A stretch of DNA of 39,441 bases from contig NC_068998.1 of assembly GCF_001194135.2 (NCBI RefSeq), positions 21,164,523 through 21,203,963 of the forward strand, written 5' to 3'. This DNA comes from Octopus bimaculoides (lineage: Eukaryota). Within the stretch, counting starts at the first letter, position 1; each line of letters starts with the position of its first letter. The translations under genes were made by a program, and so were the position numbers. A model generated the notes under the pieces. The model had not been told where the DNA came from and searched no databases. It saw only the letters and a list, made by a program, of their open reading frames with translations. Of the stretch, positions 1-12,784 are shown piece after piece.

Positions 1-2227
1 AACGTATATATATATATATATCGGCATATATCAGCGTTCTGCTCCACGGATCAATGATAAACGTAAATGAAAACACAGCAAAAAAGAAAAAAAATGAAAC
101 CACAAACCTAAAAGAAAAATAAATAAATAAAAAAAAACATTTGAAGACATAAATCGAAACTGTAAAAGGGAGAAAAAAAATTCATTACTTTTATTATTAA
201 ATGCATTGGTATGTGATTTCGAGTCTAGAGGTGTGATGCATGATGGGTATCGTTCATTCTGCCTTTCACATTCAGTTTCACAGTTCTTTCAGTTTTTTTT
301 CTTTTTTACTTCAGGTTCTCTCTATCAAAGAAGAATTCAATAGAACTGCTGAATGCAATATATGTCATATTAATACACCATTTTCAGACGTATCATAGCA
401 ACCTAAAGGTGTGTTAGGGACGTTTGGAGATTTGATCAAATTTTCTTTTGAATTTTAATTTAAATGAAGCGGGAAGCTACTACCTATTTGTTTCTTTCCG
501 GTGGAACAGAATCATATGAAATATTTTCTAAATTTTGCCGGTTTCTACCTTTTGGTAAGATCCGCGACTAGCTTGGTAGTTGACAAACCAGGTTTTAGTT
601 GATTGTTCGTATTCATTCATGATGTTACCTTATAGTTATGGCCAAGACATTTATGTCTGAAATAATCTAGTCCACATAACCGTATGTAACATGCCTAAGA
701 CCAGTACAGTAATGATATAGTGAGGGCATCATATTCTTCGACGTTTAACACCTTAACGTATTAAAATTTCAGCTAGGATGGCCTCTCCAAGATATACATA
801 ACAATTTCAGTTTGCAGTGATAATTTAAAGATCAGATAATTTATAAGAACAATCACAATTATCCCACCATTTATTTTTACCGAATTCTTGTTTGCTTCTA
901 TACAGAAATGACTACCATTTATAGTTTAGTAAAAGGAAATAAATTTATAATTTACTTTTATATAATAACAGCCGTGAGCTTTACTTATGCAAATGACAAT
1001 CTAAACAAACTATTTTTCGCTTTACTAAACTCGCTACTTCGTATTGAATGAACAGTACATGACAAAGGTCTGCATTTGCTCCGAGCTTGATAATATGCCA
1101 ATTTTACATCCACCTCTCGGCTGTTTGGTCAGTTGTATCAGACTTGAAAATAGTCATCACATGATGATTAGTAATTCCGGAAACAATGTAATACAACTTT
1201 ACAGAAGCAGAATGTATTTGATGGAAGCAATTACACTTCTTTCTTATTAGTATATCAGTGGTTAGTTGCATCTAGTGCGGCAAATGAGAGAAAATAAAAC
1301 TTTTCAATGAGGTTCGAAATCATCCTTTTGAATCTGCAGTTGCACATTACTGATATAATAAATTATTCGCCGTCATTTATTTAAACATTATCCTCGTGTT
1401 TAGTAAATAGAAATTTTGCCTCATTATTCGCCCTAAAAAGGTCAGCTGTCCTTAGTCCCGCTGTTACATTCTACTATTAGAATGTTATTCTGGTTGCTCG
1501 TCAAGGACTTACTCATTATTATGCCGCAGAAATTTCTCATACAGCAACAACAGTAGCTGTCAAACATTCTATAATACTTATGCATAACTACATTTATAAT
1601 TTAGACATTTTTCATTTAGGCATTGTATTCGATTCTATGATTTTGATGAAGACTAGTTTAGTGTAGATGATACTGTGTTTTCTATAATTATGCACTGCTG
1701 CTAGTACGTGAGTGGGAAGCGAAATTTTTTGAAGCTGCATTTTTCAGATATATTATTGTAGTAATGGATGATATACTGAATATTTTTTGTCGCATATCCA
1801 AGGAGAACAATTATACTGCTTATATGGTTAACTGCTTTAAAAATTTGTACAAGAGGAGGATTGTGTGAATCATTACGCATACAATCTTCTCACTTGACTT
1901 TTCGGATATATACTCGTCTCTTAATGCTGTATCTAGTAAGCTACCTATGTTTACACTGTTGAAAGATATCATGTAAAGAATAGTTACTGAAAATGCTCAT
2001 TGATATTTCATACATGCAAACATTGGTACACACGTACTTAATTACACACACATCCATATAGGTATATTATGTACTAAACATTTACTGAGAAAAGTTGACA
2101 GTGACTTCAAAGTTTCGGCTTCTTTGCCTTTGTCGGGCGATGCTTTACTTGAGTTCTTTTTGGTTAGATGTAGCTATGTGAAATGATAATTAAAACACGG
2201 GAGAATTTGCGTATATATATATATATG

Positions 2228-2259
<32 letters not shown>

Positions 2260-2273
2260 TATATATATATATA

Positions 2274-2332
2274 NNNNNNNNNNNNNNNNNNNNNNNNNNN
2301 NNNNNNNNNNNNNNNNNNNNNNNNNNNNNNNN
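2274..2332. other. Assembly gap (other gaps: 5313-5647, 8039-8449, 20319-20717, 22750-22759, 27433-27507)
   Basis: Runs of N. Confidence 1.
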
Positions 2333-2420
2333 TATATATACACGCACACAAACTTATATGATATACTTTATTTGTTGATTAACAAGGCTACTAATGGTTT
2401 CATATAAACAGGAATCTGTA

Positions 2421-2620
2421 AACAATTATCAAGCTTGCCACATGGAAACGTTCGTACTCGTCTCCAGTTTGGATGAGAATATACGAAATTACAGGAGTTT
2501 GTACAGGATTTCGGGATAAACAGTTATGCATATCATGTACAGTTTGGTGTAACTTCGTGTATTCTCATCCAAAACGAATACAAATATCAACATTCCCATG
2601 TGGTAGGCTTGGTAATTGTT
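2421..2620. mobile_element. ~200-bp foldback (palindromic) element, MITE-like
   Basis: Left arm aacaattatcaagcttgccacatggaaacgtt...gtttggatgagaatatacgaaattaca...tgtacaggat matches the reverse complement of the right arm atcatgtaca...tgtaacttcgtgtattctcatccaaaac...aacattcccatgtggtaggcttggtaattgtt. Mismatches are mostly transitions. The central loop lies near 2511-2530. Confidence 0.7.
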
Positions 2621-2699
2621 AAGAAATTCCTTTTCAAATGAATAATATTTATCCACTAATGCGGTATTGAGCACTCATTCTCAATGTCCGATATTACAG

Positions 2700-2711
2700 T
2701 ATCTATCTATC

Positions 2712-2743
<32 letters not shown>

Positions 2744-2783
2744 TATATATACATACATACATACATAATATATATATTCCTAT

Positions 2784-2827
<44 letters not shown>

Positions 2828-2828
2828 A

Positions 2829-2872
<44 letters not shown>

Positions 2873-2890
2873 TATATATATAAATACATA
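2700..2890. repeat. Compound microsatellite (ATCT/AT/AC)
   Basis: Directly visible simple repeats; they generate the spurious HT/YI/CV ORFs. Confidence 0.95.
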
Positions 2891-5181
2891 CATAGTTTCA
2901 TATATATTGAGTGTATCTTCATCTATATGGCATAGGATGGCTGTAAGACTACAATCTCTATAAGAGTTATGTTTATAGTTTTGAATTTGTTGTTAGTGCG
3001 TTTAATATGTACAATCTAGCAGCTAACACACCTCGACTTCATCGTAGCTTCCAAAGCAGACATCACTTTGATCGTTCTTGGTTAACACTCATGTGGAACT
3101 GCCATTGAAAAGCAGGTACATTTTAGCATGTATTAATATTTCGACATCATTGCCACTGATAATGCATCTCCTTTAGTGTTCCGGTCTATTGATAAAAGAC
3201 GAATTGAAATAAACCGACAGAAATTTACGTCTTGGAATTAAGTGAATTTGCATATGTTATTGCTTTTGATACTATTGAACCAGTCAGCTACAGCATCTTT
3301 GTAATTCTACTGTCGCAGGCTGGTGTTTATTTTTCATTTTTACTTTTTGCTTAGAATGTATTTATTAACTACATCAACTTCATTCTTTGCAGAATGTATC
3401 ACATTTAACACTTACTAGAAGATTTACGTTGCAGGTTTTTATGGTGATGTATAGATCTCTTTTGCTTAGGTATTCTATTCAATTAATATTTAATGATACA
3501 AGAGGTATATGAATAACATTATATTATCTTTTTCTAAGACAAATTAAATAACCGTCTTTTTACACTCTAAATTTTCTTCTAGGAATTAGGGTAAGAAAAA
3601 CGTTGCCCATATATATATAGAAATAAGAAAACGGAAAAATAGATGAGTTGACCATTTCGTTATTGCATGATACATCATCGAACATACTACCATCCATATA
3701 AACAGAGTAAGGCAGTGTAAGTATCAACACGACTACATACTGAAATGTAAATACCAGAGTACAGAACGGACAATTTCAGACTGACGAGCGTTTTTAAGGA
3801 GAACAGAATTGCCGTATTGGAAATAAGGCTTTATCCAACTTCTTTGACAGATACGGTAGGCAAATAATAATTTTTGCCAGCGAGTTGAGAATGAGCTAAC
3901 GACAACGGCATGATGCAGTTTGGTAATGAAAAGCTAGCCAAAATAGTTACGTATAAAAAATACATGCATGAACAGCACGTATATTTTCCTATAAACACGC
4001 ATACGCAAACAATATAAACATGCACACACACACAGTTCATTGCATTCTCACACTACATACCAATATTCGCACATACCATCATGAATAGAATGAAATGCGT
4101 CACAGTAAAGGAATTAACATGAATATAAATACATGTGTTATCCTGGAGAGAACAGTTATTACCAGGGTGATAATAACATTTCACATATATGTCACAATCA
4201 TACATCTATTCTTAAATACCTGTCTCTCTATCCCTCTTTCTGACCGCATGTTGTTGCTCACCGTTACAGGCTAATATTTTTGTGCCCATCTACCCATGGC
4301 TACATACGCACAAACACACAAACACACTCGGCTTTAACATTTAATAAACAACAACAAAGAGCCGACAGCAACTTAAACCCAGTCAGTAGTAGCAGGCTAA
4401 ACTGACACGATATGTACGTCAGCGAAAATCCCATTAACTATAAATAGGCAAAAACGAAGCACAGAGGGAAGCAATACTGTTTGAAAACTCGAGAAAAAAA
4501 AAAATTCTGGCAGTTTATATTAGAATTAAACCTTACTCTCCGCATAAGATTGAGTTTTCTTATTCGTAGACGGTATATGTATGATATCACACAAACGACA
4601 TTATTGCCGTAGACACACACATACACATACAAAAACTTGCTTGCCTATGTATCTGATGTGTGTTGCATATCAATCATACACGATTATATACGACATATAT
4701 ACATATGCGAAGTGTCACAGTTAATGCATTGCAAAATATTTCTATTCACTTCAGTTTGTAATTATGAGGAATTCTTTTTTTTTTTTTCAACATTTACTTT
4801 CTGACGAATTTTAACGGATTCCTTCTTTTTTAATATTACATTTGCTATACTCACTTTTATAACTACCTTATTTACTACACACAATCTTTTATCCAATAGA
4901 GGATTCTAATTTTTGTCTTTCACAATATTACACTTAATATCCATCACATTGTGTAAATCATTGCAGCGAACGACACTATTACGCATGTTATTTCTACTTC
5001 GTCATTTTCTTTTAGAAAGTTGGCGTTCAAAGACTCCATTATAAACAGAAAATTACATTCTTATATTTCAGCAAATATTCCATTTCTTTTCATTGAAACA
5101 TATAAGGAAATTAGTGCAGTGTTCGATACCATAAAGGAAGTTAGTTGTCTAGTTTAAGAGAGTACATGGCGCCGACATGGG

Positions 5182-5263
5182 TATTATACATAAACACACA
5201 CACACATACACACACACATACATACAAATATACATACATACATACATACATATATATATATAC

Positions 5264-5312
<49 letters not shown>

Positions 5313-5743
5313 NNNNNNNNNNNNNNNNNNNNNNNNNNNNNNNNNNNNNNNNNNNNNNNNNNNNNNNNNNNNNNNNNNNNNNNNNNNNNNNNNNNNNNNN
5401 NNNNNNNNNNNNNNNNNNNNNNNNNNNNNNNNNNNNNNNNNNNNNNNNNNNNNNNNNNNNNNNNNNNNNNNNNNNNNNNNNNNNNNNNNNNNNNNNNNNN
5501 NNNNNNNNNNNNNNNNNNNNNNNNNNNNNNNNNNNNNNNNNNNNNNNNNNNNNNNNNNNNNNNNNNNNNNNNNNNNNNNNNNNNNNNNNNNNNNNNNNNN
5601 NNNNNNNNNNNNNNNNNNNNNNNNNNNNNNNNNNNNNNNNNNNNNNAAATTGTATATATACTTATGCATGTGTATACATATATATGTATGATTATATGCA
5701 TATTTACATATGTATATATATCTATCTTTGTATATACACACAC

Positions 5744-5791
<48 letters not shown>

Positions 5792-5830
5792 CAAAGAATA
5801 TATATACACGCATACACACACACATGTACA
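5182..5830. repeat. Compound AC/AT microsatellite spanning the N gap 5313-5647
   Basis: Visible dinucleotide repeats on both sides of the gap. Confidence 0.95.
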
Positions 5831-6805
5831 CACCCACATCCACATGCGCATATACATGCACATCAGGGCACAGGACGCCAGAACAATGAACCACAGACAA
5901 CGGAACGAACACACAGGAAAACGGAAAGCCACTTGGAATATTCCTTCCATACACACACACAGACACACACATATATAATTACACATGTGTTCATATGTGT
6001 GTGTGTGTTTTCTCGTATATGCATGGGGAACTGAATGCAAGTGTATGGGACTGGATGCTTGTGTATGAGTTATTAAACAAAGCAGTATAATATGGTTATT
6101 CAAGTGACACAACTGTATAGATTTGCTACTGTACGGTTATGCTGCTGTATGTGGTTGTGAGTATATGTGCGTCTATATCCGCGGTCAATAATATTCTTCA
6201 CAATTTTGATATCTGCACAAATTCCCTAGTAATAAATATATATTTCATTATATATTTTTGACTGCTTCAGCGTCTTGAATTTCAATAAACACACAAGGCT
6301 ATATTGAATATCATCTGGGTAATCATTTTATAACGTGCATTTCAAAGCTCCTTTGCAGTAATAGTGTACTATATGATGTCATACACAAGGAATACTCTTT
6401 TTACTGGATATGAAATGTGGAAATCCAAATAATGTATAATACAATAAGACGGAACGAACAGGTTTTAATCGAAATCATAACGATTGCTACTGTGCATTAA
6501 TAACAACTGTTTGTTGCTATGTTCTCCATATTGTGAATATTATTATATAAATATATATAAATATGACCCAACAATAGCTGTGCATTGGTGCGTCATCAGG
6601 TGGGTGGCTTCGAGAGCACCGCTGGTTCACATTAGTTTTCCATTGTTTTATACCCATATTCTATTTTTAGCATTTCTTTGATAGATGCGACACGTGATTT
6701 CAAACGTACAGAAGTAATAAGAAATATTAAATACATAAATAGAAGTGAAAATGAAAAATGTAAATTATAAAATAAATAGAACAAAATCAAGGAAAAAAAA
6801 CATCA

Positions 6806-8031
6806 TTGGGTGGCAACTAAGTTCCCGCCGTTTTATTAAATTTAATTTTTTTTAAAGTTTTAATAAAAATAACAACTAATTAAGCAATAATGTATTCACT
6901 TAATAATGTTTACTACTTCTTCCCAACGTTCAACAAGATTTTCATTGATCCAACCAAGCTCACAATTCTGCATCAGTATTGAACGAAACTCCGCGCATCG
7001 CATTTGAAAGAGATTGAAAGAGGTGTAAATGCGTTGGTGCCAAATCAGGAGAGTACAGCGGGTGTGGTAGCACTTCCCAGCCATGCGTTTGAATGGCTTC
7101 CTTGGTCATATTGGCGATATGAGAGCGGGCGTTGGCATGCAGCAGAACTCCATGTTGCCCATTAGGTCTTTTCTCTTGAATAGCCGTGTTGAGTCGTTCG
7201 ATCTGTTGAACATGGAGTTCAGCGTTGACCGTTTGGTTCCATTCAAGCAATTCCCAGTCCCACCATACGCACAACATCGTTTTACGCGGATGAAGATCTT
7301 GTTTCACACGCGGTGTCTCTTGATTACCGGGGCTAAGCTATTCCTTACGCTGCTTCATATTGATGTACAGGCACCACTTTTCGTCGCCAGTAACAATTCA
7401 GTAATGAAATCGTTGCTTGTGTCCCTGAGTTGAGCGGTGACGAGCAAGCAAACCAACGGAGATTGTGGCTCTTTAATTTTTGTTGTTGCCACTTAAAGCA
7501 TGCGGAACCCATGCTCCATACTTCTGAACCTTTCCCACCGAGTGAAGATGCTTCTCTATAGCAGTGTGGGAGCATTCCATTTTCTGTGCCAGTTTCCTTG
7601 TCGTTTGACGAGAATTTTCGTGCAAAAGTTGGTTTATTGCTCTTCATCGAACTCAGCTGGACGGTCAGAGCGAGGTGCGTTTTTCAGGTCAAAATTTCCA
7701 TGTTGAACTTGGCATACCAATCATGAGAAGTCCTTTTAGCTATGGCACCCTTTCTGTACACAGCACAAATGTCGCGAGCAGCTTTTGCGGCCTTAGAACC
7801 TTGATTAAAAGCAAGAAGAAGGAGGTGTCGAAAATGCTCGTTTTTCTTACCTTGACATTCCATTTTAATGATCTAAAAATAAACAAAAATTAAGTAAAAT
7901 TAACTAGAAAAAAAAAAAAGGATTAAAAAAGATTAAAAAATAGAATTCTCGAAAATAATAGATTCCAAAATTTAAAATCGCAATAAATTCCAAAATTAAT
8001 AAAAACAGCGGGAACTTAGTTGTCAACCCAA
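6806..8031 (-). mobile_element. Near-full-length mariner DNA transposon (~1.23 kb) with both TIRs
   Basis: Left TIR ttgggtggcaactaagttcccgccgttttatt (6806-6837) and right TIR aataaaaacagcgggaacttagttgtcaacccaa (7998-8031). TA follows at 8032-8033; CA (a decayed TA) precedes at 6804-6805. Encloses the transposase pseudogene. Confidence 0.95.
6880..7863 (-). pseudogene. Mariner transposase pseudogene (frameshifts and stops)
   Basis: Manual translation from ATG 7863: MECQGKKNEHFRHLLLLAFNQGSKAAKAARDICAVY..WYAKF, then WVPHAL, IVTGDEKW, LHPRKTMLCVWWD, LHANARSH and HPLYSPDLAP..HLFQSL. These are the mariner WVPHEL / YSPDLAP motifs. Confidence 0.93.
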
Positions 8032-8449
8032 TAGATTANNNNNNNNNNNNNNNNNNNNNNNNNNNNNNNNNNNNNNNNNNNNNNNNNNNNNNNNNNNNNN
8101 NNNNNNNNNNNNNNNNNNNNNNNNNNNNNNNNNNNNNNNNNNNNNNNNNNNNNNNNNNNNNNNNNNNNNNNNNNNNNNNNNNNNNNNNNNNNNNNNNNNN
8201 NNNNNNNNNNNNNNNNNNNNNNNNNNNNNNNNNNNNNNNNNNNNNNNNNNNNNNNNNNNNNNNNNNNNNNNNNNNNNNNNNNNNNNNNNNNNNNNNNNNN
8301 NNNNNNNNNNNNNNNNNNNNNNNNNNNNNNNNNNNNNNNNNNNNNNNNNNNNNNNNNNNNNNNNNNNNNNNNNNNNNNNNNNNNNNNNNNNNNNNNNNNN
8401 NNNNNNNNNNNNNNNNNNNNNNNNNNNNNNNNNNNNNNNNNNNNNNNNN

Positions 8450-8632
8450 CCCTCTAACATCGCTTGACAACCGATGCTGGTGTGTTTACGTCCCCATAAA
8501 TTAGCGGTTCGGCAAAATAGACCGATAGAATAAGTACTAGGCTTACAAAGAATAAGTTCTGGGGTTGATTTGCTCTACTAAAGGCAGTGCTCCAGCATGG
8601 CCGCAGTCAAATGACTGAAACAAGTAAAAGAG
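8450..8632 (+). mobile_element. SINE-like repeat, 3' part (5' head lost in the gap)
   Basis: cgatagaataagtactagg...tctggggttgat shares the central gataaaataagtaccag...ctggggtcgat block with the SINEs at 31-35 kb but has a different tail (...gactgaaacaagtaaaagag). Confidence 0.65.
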
Positions 8633-9674
8633 AAACGGTAAAGAGAGTATCTCTCACCTTCTATGAACTTAGATTAACATTCTAAAATAATAATGTTGCC
8701 AACATATAAACAAAAATGGGCTCCTTGTTTCTTTTGTCTGTAAGCGACTTACTTCAAAGGATGCGTGCTCAACTTATTAGCCCAGCGGGATATCTACCAA
8801 CTTGTCTGCTAGTACGCTCGTAAACTTTTTTGCTATCCTTGGTTCCCAGCAGATTCGCTCAGTGAGTCATAAGTAAATGCTGTCACACAAGAAGAATTTA
8901 TCTGCCCGTCATCTACACACACACACACACACGTTCATTCACTTGGTGTATAGAAATAATTGTATCTTAATACACACACATACTCTCTCCCTCACACACA
9001 CATACTGTCACCGACATACCCGATATAGATGTATTTATACCTTATGCATTTATACGGTTACATACAGGCATTGTTTAGACACATATACACGCACTCATAC
9101 CCATGCACACTCATATACATGCATTCATACGTATGCATACATACTATTGATGATTCCTCTCCATTCATAGCATTAGGTTAAATCAATATTCACTCGCACT
9201 CATCCTTTGTACACATATACATATTTTATTTCACTCATATGTACACATATCTGTATATACCTACATATACCTATCTAAATATACCCCCATTTTTACTCTC
9301 GTGGATGTGCATCTATGTCACTCTACAAAGTATTTTCCATTTACGCTATAACATTCCGTCAGAGTGAACAGGTCTATTCTATAGTTCTTTCCTCTTCGCC
9401 TAAACAACTGTACTTTAAAAATTTATACAATTTAGGTGAAAAACAATAGAAATAATATAATTTAAGCATACCAGTAATGGTGTTGAAACATTATAATGAT
9501 ATATTTGTGTAAATAACGGACAGATATAACTAAATGATCATAGATACATGTAAATTATTATATCACGCAATTCAGGTAAACAACAGCATAATCTGGCCAG
9601 CGGAAATAATCAAAGAATTATAGTACGTTTTTGAGTAAATAAAGGATTGATATAACATTGAATGATGTTGTCTT

Positions 9675-11280
9675 TCTAAGTTCCAGAAGTGAACTTTTAA
9701 GTCTAGTGGTTACATGTTAAAATAAAAGTGCTTGTTGATTATTTTATCATTACATATTAATATTTCAACCTCTTCCAGACAGAGTATACTTACTTTTCAG
9801 TATGCGTTACTCTGTTTTGCTTTCCGTAGTACTCTCCAAGTAGTGCTGTATTGTATTTTTTTCCGTTTGAGATCCTATATAAGCTCTGCCAGTGATGTGC
9901 ATTTCCTTTCCTACTTGTTCAAAACCGATGCTGCATGGTCCCTCCACCGGCTTTTGAATGCGTCGCTTGCTGCCTTTTCTACGTAAACACTCATTCTGCC
10001 AAAGCACATTCTTTCTTACCTCTGAAATTGCATGTTTTATACATTATTATATGAAACCAGTTTACCTATGGTAATTGTTTTCATATCTTCCCTATTATTG
10101 AGATTGTTATTGTTGTTATTATTACTAACATTTATTTCTTTTATTCTCAGTACTGTCTTTCAGGATAGAGTCATTCCGTATACACACACGCACACGCACG
10201 CATACACACGCACACGCACGCGCGCACACACAGGCACACATGCACACGCACACACACACACAGACACACACACACACACACACACACACACAAGCAATAA
10301 TGACACACGGGGAGACACTTCCAATTTTTGGAGACTTTCGTAGACAAGTGAGATGATTTGAAGGTCTTTCTACAATGATATAATATACTCACACAGACAT
10401 ATATACATATATGGATGTATATATATCCATATATACATATATGGATGTATATTTGTATATCATGTCTTTATGCTTCAGGTTGTTGATATTTCTCAGATTT
10501 TCTCGTTGCTGTGTCTAAAATAATGGAAATGAAAACGTGCTCTAAGAGTTACAATAAGTTTTATGAGGAGTTCTTTAATGACAGACGCACTAGAATCTAT
10601 GACGCCCAATTGTATGTGTCTCCAAACGATTCTTTCTTTGAGGGCAATGAACCATTTATTAATGACTGCAGTGATGTTCCATAGCTTTATATTTGTGGAT
10701 TGTTTGATTCTTTTGTTTACTTTATCTAGGATTTCCTTACTAACTACTCCCGAGACGCATTTTGTAAGATTAGGAGCAAGTGGGCGAAGTTGTTTCTATG
10801 GTCATTGAATGTAATGTGTGTAAAATATTTTGTGAGATATTTTTGTTAGTCGTGGCTTTTTTCCTGTTTTCCTATGTAGATTCTGCCTTTGTAATGGTAT
10901 CATTATATATGTTTCTCTTGGCTTTTAGTATCATTTTATGATGCTATGGAGAAATAGCGATTTTGTTTATCTTTCATAATTTCCTTGTTTTATCGGCAAA
11001 TTTGTCTTCTAAAGAATTTATGGCCCCAAAACACAGCTAAGCTTGTGAAAGTTGTTTTTATTTGTAAGTTTTATGATCTGCATACACTAAGGAGGTCGTT
11101 GATATCTATGTCACCATTTTGTGGTAGGTAATTTTGAGAATAATATTTTGAGGTTCGATCATTACCTTGTGAATCTAATTTGATGGATTTAGGATGTTGC
11201 TCATTGAGTAGTGCATTTCCAACGTATCCATTCATTGAATTTTGTATTTATATGTGATTTTTGTTTTTAGTATGCATTTC
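9675..11280 (-). mobile_element. Degenerate Penelope-like retroelement (RT N-terminus plus C-terminal GIY-YIG), RT core missing
   Basis: Manual minus-strand translation gives WIRWK (~11220), FADKTR (~10990), HITFNDHRNNF (~10800), an open frame GVVSKEILDKVNKRIKQSTNIKLWNITAVINKWF..IQLGVIDSSASVIKELLIK (10750-10502), ILYHCRKT (~10380), VYVEKAASDAFKSRWRDH..TSLAELI*DLKRKKIQYSTTWRVLRKAK (~9990-9810) and LCLEEVEIL (~9786-9760). The order is collinear with PLE motifs recalled as ADKT / ITLKDHKENF / QWxNT..VI.WF / FDIxDFYPSI / II.HARKSL / GIY-YIG FK.R..NH / LCL.EK. Confidence 0.8.
10177..10292. repeat. (CA/CACG)n microsatellite inside the PLE remnant
   Basis: Visible repeat located where the RT core would be expected. 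Confidence 0.9.
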
Positions 11281-11399
11281 CAGGTCCATGTCGTGCGTTT
11301 TTGGGTGAACAGTATCGGAGGGCACAAAGATTAAATTTTTTTTGTTTAAAAAAATGTTAGTTGACATGGAGGATTGGATGCCATCTGAATATTAAGAAA

Positions 11400-11990
11400 G
11401 AGTTCCTATATCATGATGATTTGCGCCAGGTATCAAAATGCCGACATCGTAACTGTTGCTCACTGCTTTTTGAACACGCTAAAGGCTGTCAAATGTGACA
11501 TGAACGTTATGAAAACCAAATCCTCACCAAAACTGTGATAATTTTTGGGTGTCTCCAGTGAAGGTGACACTATGTTACCCCACATCTTCGAACCGGACGT
11601 TAGGCTCAATTGAGATGATGATATGAAACTACTAGAAAGCGTTGCTGTTGGATGCCCACATGTATGGCAACAAGCTATGCGTGCTTGCCATACCCCAGAA
11701 TGAGCCAGAAATGGTTGTCATATAATTTCTACGACTTCAGCCCCTATTTCTGGCCACCTAATTCCTAGGGTTTTAATTCCATGGATTATTTTGTGTGGGC
11801 CGTGGTTGAGAAAGGCGCTAACCGCTCCGCCTGCAACACCAAGGCCATTGGAGGCCAATATCAAGAAGGTGTTTCAAGCTCGTCCCAGGAACACAGTAAG
11901 GAACTTACACTCCAGGTTCCAGAGCAGTCTTGTGGCTGCGGTAGAAGCTGGGTGTGGCTAGATTGAGTAAACTCACATCTCCCAGCCATA
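11400..11990 (+). pseudogene. Tc1/mariner superfamily, maT(DD37D)-like transposase remnant
   Basis: Translation VMKTK..FLGVSSEGDTMLPHIF..VWQQ..CH..WPPNS*GFNSMDYFVWAVVE matches the maT pattern VSSEG..MPPHFF / WQQDSAP.H / WPPNSPDLNPLDY.VW. TIRs were not found. Confidence 0.82.
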
Positions 11991-12428
11991 ATCTAGTTGA
12001 TAGTTTTTGAACTTTCTAATATGCCTCCTCCGAAAAGCTATTAACCACAAACTATCATTTGATCAACTACGTCACAAAAGACGCGACCATTCAAAGACGC
12101 ATAACTTACCTTCGTTTAAAAAGACTGGCTAACATTCCATTTCAGTTATTTCGGATTCATCAATGAACATGGTTGACTACTGTTAAGTGTATGAGAACAT
12201 TATGGGGAACTAATGGGTGACTTAAAACTTCTACATCCAAGCTATAAATTTTCATTTGCACCAATTATCTTAGGTGCTCTGGTCTATGCACACCAACAAA
12301 TTTGCATAACAGTCAAGAAACACCAAGGTTATCCAAGTCAAAGCAAACGCATTCACATTTCTTATCTTCGTTTGAGATTCCTTCGCTGAACCCACGATTA
12401 CATGTACATAAGAATTATAAAATAATTC

Positions 12429-12784
12429 ACACTCACCCCAACTCTCTCTCCCACTTTCTCTCGGACACACACTCATGTATACATAAAAAGTAACGAAGCG
12501 CACACATACGTTAGTGCAATTTTATCAACAATCCTGTATGCACACACATATAATTTTCTCCACAACCGTACATGCACACGCATGCACACACATGTATTTA
12601 TGTAACATGCCAATCAATTCAGATAATCACAAACTCCAACAGCTGTCTTTACTCAAACAGAGGAGCCTCTCTGTTTCGTTAGTAACTGGTTTGCATTCTC
12701 TAATGGAAATAAATAAATCACAAACAAATGGTTATGTATACATGAGTGTGTGTCCGAGAGAAAGGGAGAGTTTGGGTGAGTGTA
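12429..12784. repeat. Inverted repeat pair with ~55-bp arms (possible MITE)
   Basis: 12429-12486 acactcaccccaactctctctcccactttctctcggacacacactcatgtatacataa is the near reverse complement of 12732-12783. The spacer is ~245 bp. Confidence 0.7.

Noticed and set aside
909-1300. Frame starting MTTIYSLVKG with a signal-peptide-like stretch and N-glycosylation words
   Set aside because: Stop density is about what AT-rich random DNA gives, and no family motif was recognised.
3778-3800. Other CTGANGA words (e.g. 3781, minus strand 6593 and 14095)
   Set aside because: No correctly spaced GAAA, NUH or closing stems.
5141-6112. Longest track ORFs (200-323 aa)
   Set aside because: They consist of N-gap X runs and YI/HT/CV dinucleotide translations; these are artefacts.
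8023-8470. ORFs of 144-145 aa (likewise 20282-20830)
   Set aside because: Almost entirely assembly gap.
9792-10021. Apparent minus-strand exon (tttcAG ... GTAAGT)
   Set aside because: All frames hit stops, and the sequence is better explained as the GIY-YIG region of the Penelope-like element.
12130-12170. Minus-strand ttgatga-atcc-gaaa, a hammerhead-like core upstream of the PLE
   Set aside because: It lacks the conserved C3, a pairable stem II, a stem III/NUH site and stem I.
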